This document shows positions 1-13,790 of a stretch of DNA of 64,000 bases, in pieces. The notes under the pieces are model-generated. The model was not told the DNA's origin and ran no database searches. It was given only the letters and a program-made list of their open reading frames with translations. Origin of the DNA: Fimbriosthenelais zetlandica (lineage: Eukaryota). Location: contig OZ365116.1 of the NCBI GenBank assembly GCA_977030845.1, positions 3,038,001 to 3,102,000 of the forward strand, read 5' to 3'. Position 1 is the stretch's first letter. Every line of letters starts with the position of its first letter. A program made the translations under genes and the position numbers.

Positions 1-1829
1 TTTAGGACTTATATCGGAAATTACTGGGCACCGCAGCTGTGAAGAACCAAAGTGACCGCTAGCAAGCCCATCAGATTTTCTAATCGAAACGCTTAGCGCT
101 CTCGTAAACCACCCTAGTATGTTCCCGCTATCATGATTTGGCGGGCTATGTCTCCCTCATGGGAAGCTGATGTAGAGGGTCTTGTGATGGGTTTGTTTAC
201 AAGGTTTTAATCCGGTGCTTATCTCATGTTACATGTGACCAAGTACATGAGATTATATCCACATCTGTCACAGCTATACATCGCTTTATAAATGTAATCC
301 TGGGTATGACTCTTACACTGCGGATTTATATGCGATAAACCATTGCGGAGAATTGAACATTTCCCCTTTGGTTTCAATTAAGTTAATCTTATATCTGTAA
401 AGCTAATATCCACCTGCCCCTCTTTGCCTGCTATAATGGTGTTTTAATATAGAAGTTTGTAGAAGTTTGAATGTAGAAGTGTGATCATTTTCTGTCCTCA
501 TTCAGACCACCGCCGCACACCTGTTTCAATATGCCATTAGAAATCATCCAGCCAGCAGCACCGCATGAATTACTTTGACTAATTAACTTCACACTCCATT
601 AATTATTCCTCCAAGCTTCACATAACTCCCTCCTACTTCTATTCAAACGAATAATTACTCCGCTCTTTCCATTTTGCGTGAATTAATCAATTCAAATTGA
701 TCTTCTGACGCCCAGACGCCTGTGTCTTTATCAATTGATACGAGACTAACTCTTGAATTCATAGCCTAACTTCATTGTCATCAAATGTATTAGTTGAATG
801 TCAGGAAAGCTTTTCTCTATTGACAGTTATCATGATTCTTTATTTTAGGGATCAAATGAGGCACGTGATGATTTGAAAGACTTTGTCATGTCCTTGGTTT
901 AATCCTATTTACTAATTACAGCTTGTCTGTGGCAGATGAGTGAGAGAGAGAAAGCCCGACAAAGACTCCCATTCACCACCGCTCCTCCCTTTCTCACGTC
1001 TCATATAAAGTTCTGAGGAGATTTTTAGATTTCATTGTTGGATTAATTTTTCGTAAATCAATCCTCGGGAAGTAGAGCTAAGTCAGAAAAAACACTAACA
1101 ATATTTCTAGTCGATATTTCAGATTGAATTAAAAATTATTTAATGGCAATTTAATTAAATTTTGAAACGGCAGCTTCAATTCAGAGGAGAGTAGAATTCC
1201 CTGGAGTTATTTTGGGGGTTAATTTACTATCCTATCAGGAATAATAACATGATATTTCGTAATTGAAAACTGATTTTGTTTGATTGCATAAGGATATTGA
1301 TTACTTGGTGTAAATCTTAGCTTTCCCCGAAGGAAGCTGAAGAAAATTTGTCGTCTTGTTCTACACCTTATGGCATCATAATGCAACATGTCTCTATGAA
1401 ATCTTTACAAAAAGAAGATTATTCAGGTGACTTTCTGATGGATCAGAGATGGCGTTAGAAACCCTGTTTCCATCAATGTCTGAGCCTGATAAATGTGTAA
1501 AGGTGGAATGTCCCGGGGCTGCCTCAATCCAAGCACATGGTGTAAGATCCGTGACTAAACTGAGCAACCAGTCCTTGTTCCTACTGTACCGTCAGCCTAT
1601 GTTAACTCGGCGGGAAGGTTTCTAGGGAATACATTGGAAAACAGCCCCTCAATAGACTCACTTGATTGATGGTACATGAGCTGCAATTCTGATTTCTGTT
1701 ACCAAATTAAATTGAAGTTCACAAGGACCTTTTCCTGATAGATATTCTCTGCTCAAAGGACCACTTCTGGTGCTCTGTTGATTTTTGTCTTAAAATTTTT
1801 GTTTTCTGAGTAAGTAATGGGGAACTTGC

Positions 1830-2090
1830 GCAGAATGAATAGATTTCGTTGTGAAGTTGTGCAGGGAATTCCTAGCTTAACTTAGACAATTGGCTTCCTG
1901 CAAATTGAGCCAGGTAAAAGGTCCATTGCTGTAAAAATGATAGAGATCTGAGAGCAGTGAGAGGTGGTATAGACCATTATTTGAGAGGTGCTCGTTTGCT
2001 CTAGTATAGGCTTGATATATATATTGAAGAGAGCAGAGAAGATGGCGCCGCGTAAAGCAAAGCATTTCATTGTGTGAGAACTGAGTATAT
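1830..2090 (-). mobile_element. Degenerate LINE (L2/CR1-like) reverse transcriptase fragment
   Basis: GAIFSALFNIYIKPILE resembles GSILSPLLFNIYxKP; downstream W..ANCL(K)L resembles WxxxNxLxLN; frameshifted. Confidence 0.5.
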
Positions 2091-4299
2091 TCATCAGGTG
2101 TACAAACAGAAGTTTCATGCTGTAGTTTGCTCAGGTAAATGTCCCACTTTAAGCTTTATATTTATCCCCCAAACATTACATACATACACCATTTATCCCT
2201 CAGCTTGCCTGCATGTCAATTTGTGACTTGAGTAGTTATGAAGCCTCACATTGCAGGCTGTTTATTATTGATATTGTAGCATCTCCAAATAAAATGCCCT
2301 CCACCTTAGCATCTCTTCTCTGACAAATATATCTCCATCCAACCTTGGTCAACATATGTGTCTGCCTGGCCCTCGGTTAAATGACCTTTTCCTTAGAGTT
2401 TCCCCCTGTGAGACCAACCCAATGAGACTCTAGTCTTTGGTGAGGACGAGGTAGGGCCTGCTCATTCTGCCCTTTGTTCCTTCCTCGTTAGTCGTTTTTA
2501 TACGACTACCAGTTGCGAGTATATAGTTGGTGAGTGAACAATAAGTCCCCGGGATGGTCCCTAAAGGTCGCCTCCTCTCTCCTCCTCTCTCTCCTAATTA
2601 AAAACACATTGTCTGTGTACGACCACTTAGTATGGTGATGACCGGCTTGAAAGCTTCTAACTACTAAGCTGCCAGCTTGAGGCTGACTAAGACCTAACAG
2701 TCTGCCCGCTCTATTTCCCTCTTTTTCTCACTCAGCTTATTCTGAATTCAGCTCTGTATGTCGAAGGCTGTAAAGAACGCCATTGGTGAGGACGACCTCG
2801 AGAATTAAAAAATACTTACAAGAAAAGTTTTGCCTTTATTAAGGTCAAATTTTCCAATAAAAGGTAACTTATTAAATGTATTACATCCAAGAAAAGCCAT
2901 GGGAAAAAGATTGTAGTTTCGAAATGAGAAATTTGAGAGTTACTATGGCGGCCAGCGGATGCGTCATTTAGAACCTCTTTGAACTTGTCCACTTATCAGA
3001 GTACTTTCTCATAATATCGATCTTTTATTGCCTTCCGTAACCATCTGTTTTAATACAAAAACAAATTCACAAAAAGTCAAATTTACTGCTAACTTAAGCT
3101 GAAATTATTTTAATTGAAACTTAATTTTAAAGTGGATTCGGGATCCTTTTAATGGTCTTGCATGGTCATCTTTAGAATATGGCCTTGAGTTTTAATTAGC
3201 TTTCCTTTAGAATGATATTAGAATGACAAAGGTTGGGGAATTTAGTTGAGATGAACGATGACATTTCACACTACTATCAAAGCACTTTAATTAATCTCTT
3301 ATGAAGATGAATAGTTTTAATCATCAAGACTTTTATCACTTACGTTTGAGTGACTTCTGAGTCTTTTCAATTCTAAAGAACTCTCATTTTACTTGTGACT
3401 ATACAAGAAAGTCTATATCTAATTAATCTCAGAGGTTCAGGAATCATTTCAAATTCCTGATGAAAGTTGTGTAACTGAATGAGTTCTCTTGCGATTCCTT
3501 CGTCAAAAAGTTGAGCATATGAGATTGACTGGGGTTAGCTGGCCCATATGGCCTGCTAGGCCTGTGATCTCTGAACTTAGATAGCTTTCCTACTACCAGC
3601 TGCTGCCGAGTCAACGCCTAATCCTGGGATCTAGATCTGCTGCTCCCTGTGTAAAGATCCATCTCCGCTCAAACTTACCAATCCCGCCTTAAGCACCTTT
3701 CATGCTCATGTGGTCTTCCTTGTGAAAGCCTACCATACACAAGTACCCCCTAATACCAATTTTTACTAATACAACTTTTATTGGAGGCAAACTAAAACTT
3801 CTTGACCTCGCTGCAGGTGCTATACTGAAAATTTAATTTTTGATCTTATCAATCATGTGTATATATATAAAGGGAGACTATATAGATTATTCGCTAACAA
3901 TGGTCCTTCCTCAGGTTTGCCATATGCTCAGCATGTATTATTTGGGCAGGAAGGAAGCAGTCACCTGGTATTTCCCCTTATTTATGACCGTGCAGGTGCA
4001 GGACATTCATAATGCAATGTGTTTCCACTATCATTTCTCCTCTAGTCCCCAACTATAATAATCAATTCCAAACTCGGCCAGTAGAGAACCCAAGGAGGTG
4101 TTGGTATGGTTTAATTTCCATTAATGGGACTCAGCCTGATTGAATATCGGCTAAAACGGGCCTTAATAATGTGAAGAGTGTCCCTAAAAAGCCTCTAATA
4201 TGGAGGACAGGGTGATGGTGAGAGCTGGTGGTGGGGGATGATCTTGTCTTCATTCTCGTTATTGCTGGGCGATTGTAGGCAGGAAGACTATGATAAAAC

Positions 4300-4600
4300 A
4301 CGGTGGCTGGCTTGATTCTCCGGGGAGGAGAATGATGTGTCTTCATTTGTCATTCTTCTCACATTTATGAATGTAAAACAGTGTCGTCTGTCTGGGCTTT
4401 CACAGCTGGAATAATTGAGGCTGAACTCAGTATAGAAGATCAGAGCCCAGTCTACATTGACCCATGTGGCAGGCCGACATGGCAATTGTCACAAAGCAAT
4501 AGAGAGGTTATGAAGAAAGCAGCCAGGGCATGGAAATGTGGCTTAAGTCACTTTTGAATAAGTTATCCTTGATGCAGTATACTATAAAGTCCTTTTTGTT
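4300..4600 (-). mobile_element. Degenerate LINE RT fragment
   Basis: Ordered motifs on the - strand: LFKSDLS (~WFKSYLS, 4540-4561), GLPHGSM (~GVPQGS, 4455-4475), DDTVLH (~YADDTVL, 4371-4388). Confidence 0.55.
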
Positions 4601-6012
4601 TTGAATTATCATTTTTCAATAGTGGCTTGGATTGGATTGAAGCAAAGGACATAATATAAAGGAGTATTATATATTATATGAGGATGCAATCACTGTAGCT
4701 GTTACCGTACTATGATATGGTTGCTTGTTTGAACCCTTCACTATGGTCAGTTACTGTATTATGGATGGGAGGGTAGGAAATGGATCAGAATCTGGGCTGT
4801 CTTGTTACTGATATCCCTGCTATGCCTTGCAGGGGTTGCTGCCCATTATAGAGCAGCAAATGTCTGAGATGAATGACCAATACATCTATATTAGGTTCTG
4901 TAATAACCCCTCTCTCTGATAAGGGGCAGGTTAGTGGCAGGGTAAAAGGGTGAGGGTATTGGTGTAGGGCGGGGTAATTGTCAATGATTTATAGCCAGGG
5001 TTTTATGGGGAATGAGGGTTAGGTGGCTTGAGACCTGAAATGTGAATTATCATGAGTTAGAGATCAATCTGGCACTGATTCCATCAACCTGTAATGAAGA
5101 AATGTGGCAATTGCCATCATTCATCCATTATGTACAGCTTCCTAATATCCGTTTGATAATCATTTCCCTGTTATGAAATCATCATAAAATGGCTTCCAAT
5201 CATTGAATGCACAAACTGTATTTGACAAGCGGATGACAGTTCATACACCGGCTCTTGTCCAGCGGCCCGTTTCAGAGCAGATAATGTAACGATGGATCGT
5301 GAAACTGGCTTGAAAGGGCAAAAAGGCACTTCACTGATTTTAGTGCCTCAGCAGACTTTGTTCAAGCCATTCTTACTAAATCCAATGCAAAATCAGTAAT
5401 GATACTTAAAGCTGTTTACCAAATCCATTCCCGAGTAGTTTAGGTCAGGATTATGCTGAGTACGAACCTGTTCACGACATAAATTTCTCAAATTTTACAA
5501 TGGCGTGGAAAGTTGCCAACGGCCATAATTGAATTTGTCTAAAAGCTTTGCTGCTGCATTGAATTAGTATACATATATGTGGAGAAGCAGAGCTGAGAGT
5601 ATCCCGCGAGCTAGAAGTTTGCAAAGAGTGTTTTAACAGTTTTAGTTTGAACTATTTGACTTCTATGTCAACGTTTCAATTTACAATGATCCATTCATTT
5701 TAGGAAAAACAAACTGCCTATAGATATTTGTCGGGCTTGTTAAATGCAGTACCATTGACTTTCATTTAACAAATAGCTTTTATTTTTACCAATATTGTAA
5801 ATAATAATTTGTCCCTCGCATTTCAGGTGAGGCTCTTACAATGCTTTTAGCAACTCAGACTCGGTGCAGTAAGGTAATGTGACAGATGAACTACAGTTTT
5901 CTATTTTTAACAATATATAAAAGGATGGAAGGTGTCCATATGTGATTTTCCCATCACATTAGGTTTTGGATGGATTGAGGGTTGACCTGGTGGAGGTGTG
6001 TAGAGGGCGTGT

Positions 6013-6095
6013 GAGGCAGTGTCAGCTCGGGTGTGGTGGTGGAGGTGGATGAGGCAGTGTCAGCTCGGGTGTGGTGGTGGAGGTGGATGAGGCAG
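6013..6095. repeat. 38-bp tandem duplication (2.2 copies)
   Basis: GAGGCAGTGTCAGCTCGGGTGTGGTGGTGGAGGTGGAT at 6013 and 6051, partial copy at 6089. Confidence 0.9.
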
Positions 6096-6399
6096 CCATT
6101 CTCACATTTTATCCCTGCTTCCTCTCTCTTCCCACTCCTGGTGTTAATACTAGCGGATCATCTCCTCCACACACACACACACAGCTTCTACAAATACAGG
6201 TCCTTCACTCAGATGACTGGAACACAATACGCTACAAAATATAAAACCTATATACATGTCTATTTTTCGGTTTTATTGTGCATATATGTATGTTTGTATT
6301 TTGTCCCTCGAGTTCCTGCATCAAGCCCTTTTGATATCAGATTTACTTGTGTTTGTGACAAAACAAATCTTTGTGATATTTTCTTCCTGAAACTTTCTG

Positions 6400-7060
6400 C
6401 TCGTGAAGAAAAATGCTGACATTGCGAGAAATATCGCCAGAAACATTATTTGAGTTGAAAAAAGTAATATTGATATTAATACGTAATCAAGTCATGAAAA
6501 AGGAGAGTTTTCTAAACATCGTACGAAAAGGTCATATTAGGATGTTGTTACAATGAGAGGTATGGGCATGATTAAACATTCTGATTAAAGTGTATGTGTA
6601 CCAGTCATATTTGATGAGACTGTACATTACCTCTGTTTGTTGCCCATATAAGGTGCTTTTCCATATATGGAAAAACGTGAAAACATTTTTTTTATCGGTT
6701 AAGCTGAGCCTCAAATACTCAATATACCCCGGGCTGTCAGAAATCCGGACTGAAGGTTCACAAATAAGTTCACCACTGGACTTGTTTTGATCATATTTAC
6801 GGACTAAAAATATAATTAAATCCTTCAAGGCCAGATCAATATTACTTAATAATTGTAGGTTTTGCCCCCGTTGGATTAATTTTAGATAAGGATTGAAACT
6901 CAAGGACAGAAAGGGCATTGTTGGCCCTCATCCCTCCAACGAAAATGTCTGGAGTGCAGGTCCTTTTCTTAGGATCTTGTATGATTGCACTGTGTCACTG
7001 CTGGTAATGTCCTTCAATGAAAATTCTGCGGATTTGAAATTGGATAATACAGTGACAATG
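6400..7060 (-). mobile_element. Degenerate LINE (CR1/L2-like) RT N-terminal fragment
   Basis: FSLKDITSSD..K.L.KG.A (~FSFKEIT..DV..K..L..K.PGPD), a frameshifted Y.FRK.SS (~QYGFRKxHST) and VLAIFLAMS (~LxIFLDMSKAFD) at plausible spacing. Confidence 0.45.
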
Positions 7061-8999
7061 AAAAATATTATCCCCAACAATAAGTATTCTAATCGTATGT
7101 AATCCCTTTGCCATTTGATGATAGGCCATATAATGGAGGAATTATAAAGTGCATTATATTTTTTAAAGACGGCTATTATTGCAGCTCTGATATTTCCATA
7201 CAAATTGCCTCTGTAATGCATCTGTGTGTGCGATTTGAGATGGAAATTTCTATGGGTTTTGCTTTGTAAATAACACTTAGAAAATTACAACTCTTTCACT
7301 TACTGTTAAATGTCAAAAGTTAGAAGAAAATAAGCTTCACATATCCAATGAACAACTGGATTGGACAATGGTCGTATTGACTTCAATTTCAGTTTGCAAT
7401 TTTTGCGAACCTTCTGATAGGAGATCGCACTAGTGACTTGTATACAAATAAATATACATGATTGATGAGAGAAAGCTGGCCTGTTTTTCATGCCGGTAGA
7501 CTTGTCGTACAGATATTTGAGTTTGTCTGATTGAGGATCAGTCATTTGTTCTCCCTCACATATTGATTGCTCTTGGCAGGACTCATTCAGAGTGTAGTTG
7601 ACCATGTAACAGTTCCACCCAAACAGAACCAGTCATTACATGGCTTCATTGCAACTACTCCAACAACACCAAACCCCAGATGGGTATGAGAACTATGTGG
7701 CATAAAATGTTCCTATTGTGGGAAGAAAAATACGTTCAAGTGGAAAATACCCTCTGGGGTCTGCTCTCTACTGATGGAATTACAAACCTCTTGTTCGTAA
7801 AAACGGCCAGGAGTCCCTGACGCCTACTGTGTGGCCTAGTAGTGCTGAAATTACTGCACTTCTACTAGTCTGATTCGGAAATTAAACCTGTTTTCCTGAC
7901 AGGATTTATTCATTCACTAAGTACCTATTACCATCTAAACAGCTGAGCTGTTTCCCCAATTAACTTTTTCTCTCGGGTTTACTGCGCTTAAAGGAGGTTT
8001 AAAAATGTTATTCTCTGCCTTTCTCTAATAAATTTGTCAAAGGTCGTGTTGTTCCAGGGGAGTGCCAGCCTCGGAAGAAATGAAAACTAATGTGAAGTTT
8101 GTAGCGGGGAGCATTCCACAGACATTAAATGATGCACATTGATGGTAATTATGGTAATTCTTGTGGAACTCCAGTCGGAATCTAATGTGGAACTGACCTT
8201 TGAAACAGTACAAGCAATGAATAGGATTTAATTGAGAGGACTGGGATGAATGCATGCATAATGAAGTGATCAATGTGACAATGTACATCTCACGCTCATC
8301 CACCCTTCCTTGTTAAGCTGTCAACTCAATAAGTTGACAATCAAAAATCAACTCAATTTGTCAGAATCTAATTTTATCACTGGATATTCCGCTATGTACA
8401 TGTACTCGACATGTTCATAGTCTCAGGTACATGGACTGTTTCCATGAACTACAGCTACAAAACAGGCATGTAGTTATTGTCTATGAGGAATGATTGTCGG
8501 GTGAGATGATAATGTCAAATGTTATGGCTCCATTCTTCTCCAACCTTGGCCTTATCTACCGGTAATTCTGGACATTTCTATGACAAAAAGATTTATTGGT
8601 TTGCGGAGAGAGTTAGCTCAACATTGAACGACATTCCGTGCTTTATAAAGACACAGTGATTAATTATACAGGCTCTTTATTGTGCTTCTCACTTTATTGT
8701 GCTTCTACAAAAGGTTTTTTCTTGAAACAATGAAGCTCATGAATGTGTGCCATTCATGGTGAGGTGGTTACAGATCGTGGACATGTTAATATCCCGCACT
8801 CTGTGCATATTCAAACCCTCTGAGGATCGTTTGGTGGGATGGCTATTGTGCTCGCCCCACATTCCGTGAGCTATGGCTCCTGTTGTGACAACCCTAACTC
8901 CATTGCATGTTCAGCAGACACCAATGACCATAGAGAAATCAGATTCAGCCAGTATTTTGCACATGTGATGGATGTTCCCTTGTCCATGTCATGGAAATG

Positions 9000-10730
9000 A
9001 CACACGGCACTAGCAACAATAAAGTCTCTGTCATGCATCCATTGTCCTGTAGGCCTGGTCATGGTAGTGGACACCTGTGGGAACATTGCCTCCCACTGTG
9101 GCCATCAGTCATGTATTAAATCCCCCACCCGTTATTAGGGTTGTGTACAATGCTTTCAGGTTTTCACACACAAAGGGAAAGTACAATTGTAGCGGAAGCT
9201 CCAGTGAGATTTTGCGTCCTCACCTATGAGAGGTGGTGGGAGTACGTGCAGGCTTGCCTTGGGGAATAAAGATGTCACATAAACTTAGCCATGATAAGGT
9301 TCTCTTCTATCCCTAACATGACATACTCTCTATGTATCAGCTGAATGGGCCCTGCCGGTGCTAGATAACACTATAGGGTAATTCCCCTGTCTTTCTGTCC
9401 ATACCTTGTTGCACCTAGGTCACAGGTTCTGTAATAACCTTCAGTTTGCCTCCCACCTCTTTGTAAAACATCATTGCCTAGTGTCTTTTCATGGCCCTCC
9501 TGAAATGGGTGTAGCAGAGACTGTGTGGTCCTAAAGCTACACATAAAGGACGGCCAATAAGACGGTAGCAGAGGTCTGCACCATGTCGTCACCAGGGTAT
9601 TATTCTTAAGCCAAAAGCTTTCAATTTACTGTACTCAGGAGCTAAGCTCTCTCTTGATACACGCCATCTCCTGCTTCTAATGTCTTTTCAGAATATCTGT
9701 GAACAGTCATGAAAGTTGCACCTAAACTTCTTATCATCGACCCCCTGTGTATTCCAGGACGAAAAGCATATGAGAACATGCCCTTAGATTGCCAAGTATA
9801 ATGGGTTTCCACAGATATTGTCCCTGGTGGACTACTAATTAACTTCGATCATTCAGGTTTTTTCAGCGTATTTTTCATGATTATTTTTCTGCCCCTGCCT
9901 CTCATTATTTCTCCATGTTAAGGAACGTGACGTGCATTGGGAAGATGTTTGTCTGACAAGTCCTAACCTGAGGTACTTCCTCAATGCTACAGAGATCATT
10001 GCAAGCCATTTACACTGGACGCGTCTTTCGTGTTTGGAATCTCATTCCACTGTACTGGATCGTATAATTTGCCCTTCCCACATGCTTTGCTTCAGGCAAA
10101 ACTGCAGCAAATTTGTCCCAGTAAATCCCATAGGAAGTAGTGAAAGGTGGTTTAGCAAATGACTCCTTTCCTTTTTCATGATGTTTTCGACAGAAATTGC
10201 GACAAAAATCGACAGAAACTCATCTTAATGCGTGCTCAGAAGTTTCAGCATGGACATTACTTGCAGGTTAAGATATTTGTTGTTAAATTTGGGATTTGGC
10301 GTCGTCAGACTATTGCTTCATTTAGGACTAACTCAATCCATGCAATCATGACCTGTTCCTGGTCAGCAATCAGCCCGCTAGGGCTCTACTACTATACTTG
10401 GCCCCGGCAATGATTTCGTGGCTTTGGAATGAGTGAGGCTTTCTGGGGAGGCAGTGTAGAGGACTTCTATTGTATTCTAAATCAGTAGTTGGCCTCTGTG
10501 CCGCCAGGGCTCGTCTATGCCTTCTCTGATATTGATGATGATATTAAATTAAACCCCAAGTCTCTCCATCACTGATGATCAGCTGAAGGTGCCACGAAGT
10601 CCCGACCAGAAAACATTTAACATCACAGCAAGTCATGATTAAACTTAAGGTGAACATCTAGAACGAGCGCCTCATCCAAGGGACTCCCATTATTGTGTGG
10701 TGATTCCCTGTAAGGCTACCCCATGAACAC
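9000..10730 (-). mobile_element. Highly decayed Ty3/Gypsy pol (RT-RNase H-integrase) remnant
   Basis: In RT to RH to INT order on the - strand: LDEA.V (~10670), G.F-QLII (~10590), GQV..S..GLIADQEQV (~LGHxVSxxGxxxDPxKV, 10350-10400), DASSV (~TDAS, 10009-10026), weak H..GHEKTL (~9500). Many stops and frameshifts. Confidence 0.4.
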
Positions 10731-11749
10731 CTCGGTGCAATAAACACGTGAAAAACTAATTTAAAACTCGTCTTGAAAGCCATTACACTGTGCAAAGCTA
10801 ACAACATTTAATGGTAAACAGTGTAAATTCTAGTGGCTCTACAAAGCAGAAATTTGAATAACAGTTGGGAAGAAGCTTGTTTATAGATGGTCATTTTAGT
10901 GGTTACCGCTGGTAACTCGACTCTAGATCGGTTCATTAGCAGTACTTTAAACCCATGTTACCGCTCCTGTCACTTTATCATTTTATAACCTGATTGGGTG
11001 ACCAGAGTGAAGCATTTGAAAGCCTTGCTTTTAACAGTAATAGTGTGTTTGGTACTGGCCAGATGACCGGGCCACCTCCTTTAGGTTATTGGAGCACCAA
11101 AGAAGCCATTTATATTAGGGATCCGATCCACATCTTGGGTTTCAGTCAGCTGAGATGAAACACACTCTGTCCTCAGCCACCTTTGGGTTGATTACAAAAC
11201 TGGGGATTGCCTTCACAAGCTCGCTGATAAAGGGCAAGGCATGCCCTAACAGATGTAATCCGTACATTGCTTCTTGACTGAGCTGAGGAGTGACCTCAGG
11301 ACATGAGTGGGGAATGAGAGATGATGAAGCTGTTTCTGACTTCAGATTAGATAAAGTGTGATCATTTCTGACATGGTTGTAAGAAGAAATAATGAGAAGA
11401 CATCACATACTTCCTGATGCACCTTATCAGTGTATATATGTTATTAAATCAAGAGATTGAATAATAAAAATGGTCAATGCACAGACTGAGATAAAACTCT
11501 GAGCATCAAATTTGAATTTCCTTGCTGACTTTTGAGAACTGATTAAATTTAGTGGATTAATTTTTTCCAGTTTTTCTTGGGAAAAACTCTAGTCATTTTT
11601 AATCAATTATCAGATTTAATAATATGGCCTGGCGCAACCTCAGTTCTGAAAGATGATGCTTGTTTGTGTCCTTCAGTGATACACTGTTAAAAAACTTTGC
11701 TGCTGCGATTAGGGCCGGATCCTCCACCTTGACAACAAATTGCCTGCAA

Positions 11750-12110
11750 GAAAAACGTGATGCGTTTGTTTGCGGAAGGTGGCAGTGGCGCTCTTTAATT
11801 GTGAACAATTCGTGACCTGTCCAACGTGAGCAATGGCTACCACGAGTACTGCACGGTTTCCTGAAAAACCGCATCATCTCGAGGTGGATATGACAAAGCT
11901 ATGGATGGTCATTCCATCTAGACCACCTGCGGGTGTCAGTCTGAAGCGAGATGGAATCTCATAGCATGACTGGATATTGACAATGGTATAACATCAAAAA
12001 GCCACCGCGTCATTGTGTGTACCGCCATGAATCACGAGTTGTGTATGGCTGAGGTGATGTTTGGCGGCAGGGATGGGAGGAACTTAGATTGGTACTGCGT
12101 CTATATACGA
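11750..12110 (+). mobile_element. Possible DIRS/Ngaro tyrosine-recombinase remnant
   Basis: RIISRWI*QSY (~TISRWIRxAI), SHSM (~AHSTR) and EVM-LAAG (~EIxxAAGW) in the expected order; frameshifted. Confidence 0.35.
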
Positions 12111-13499
12111 TTGGCAGTCACATCGCTATGGATTGCAGTTTGGTTTATAGCATATATAGCTATTACTTCAGGCCAATGTAGGCACTTGACTTGCTTCAAC
12201 CAGATGGGACTCTTTTTACAGCCAAAACTTTCATTGATTTATGTGACTTCCTCACATCCTATCACTAATGCTTAACTTTATAATAGAATTAAAGATCTTT
12301 CATTTGAAATATTTGATGTGTTGAAATCAAATGTCATTTAATATGCCGACAATTTATGGCATTTTGATAACCCCATTAGCAGCTGGATGGGAAGTACAGA
12401 GACATTCTGACTGTAAAAGCTTGGTGAACGGCAGCTGGGACGCTGGGAGACCATAGATTGCTTTCTACTTGTATAAAATAGAAATATTGTTGATTTTATC
12501 CCCGAGCGATCAATAGATCCAACGGAAAGATGATAGAGGTTCTGATCCGGTCTAGAATAGCCTATTAAAAATAGGCCCTGGCCATCTGCCTCCAGTAGCT
12601 GGCCTCACTATGATTGCTCCGGGCCTCTTAGTGGTCACAGAGTGCCAAAGGCTCACACTTGATGACCAAAGTCTCTATTGGCCAGTATTTGCTGGCTTTT
12701 TTTGTGGAAGCCACTCATTCCCACGGTCCATTCCTTGGATTTGTGCCGATACTTTTGATCTGTTCGCAACATTTATGCAGCAAATACAACACTCAATATT
12801 CATATAACTAGATGGTGTCTTGTCCTGGTATCCTGGCTGTGCGTTCTCTGTTCTCATTATCATTGATTTGACGTTGGAGACGTGTCATGCTCAGGCCTTT
12901 CCTGTTTATGGATATCATATGACGATCTTAACCTTCAAATACATCCGCCTTGCTCATGTCATTATATCATACAGATTATGAATACTTTATGTTGGCAATG
13001 CATGTGTGTGGTTGCTAAGCAATCACCTGTTGTCAAGGAGAGAGGTTGATGTTGGCGCTTCAATGTCCATGGTATACAACCTCTCTGTAATCAAAACCAC
13101 AAACAGTCTTCCTATACCCTCAATAAGTTTGGGGAATAAACCAGTTTCCTGTTCTGCCTGAATACACTAGTTGTTTGCCTGTACTTGGTGAATACACCAG
13201 TTGTTTGTCTGTACTTGTGAAGGACCAGACTCCTGGGAATGACAGGATTTGTTACATGTACAATCTGTCAAAGCCATGAATTGCTCATACCACTCAATTA
13301 TCCATGATCATGTTCCCCCTCGTATGTTTTAACAAGCCTTAAAAGCATGTATTCTACTCCCTTTGGATTTTTACCACTCCCTTTTCTCATTTTACAATCC
13401 ATTTTATGATTTATTAATAGGAATTTAAACCCTGATCATGATAATTGTCGTTTTTGCCTTTCATTTGAGTCTTGTTTTATTGAGTATTCATGGAACCTG

Positions 13500-13790
13500 T
13501 CTTGTGATCTCTGGGGAGAATTTGAGCTCATTGCGGCCATTATTAATGCATCTGGATGGATCAGTATGACAATAATTCTCATAAATCACAGCTAGGAGCG
13601 TGCCTGTGCTGCCTTGTCATTGAGAAAGCTGGAAATATAAATGTGCATGCACAATAAAGCAGGGACTTATATTTCCCAGATGGATGCATCAGATGATGGT
13701 GATCTCTGACATGGGAACATGCTTCATCTGTGTCGGTGAACCAGCTCATCTCATACCACATATTGATCCCCGGGAACCTCCAGATCAGGG
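13500..13790 (-). mobile_element. Gypsy integrase remnant
   Basis: PGIN....CS(T)CQR (~WPGINxDIxxxVxxCxxCQ zinc finger) followed by PDALI..NG(P)Q (~GIPxxLISDNGPQF); needs single-base frameshifts. Confidence 0.4.

Noticed and set aside
1300-1600. Possible DIRS tyrosine-recombinase motifs (WIRDGV, AHGVRSV)
   Set aside because: Only two short motifs with no consistent frame; too weak to list.
5827-5873. Exon-like segment ttcag|GTGAGG...GTAAG|gtaatg (47 nt)
   Set aside because: No frame resembles TNPO3, and size and phase do not fit the missing upstream exon.
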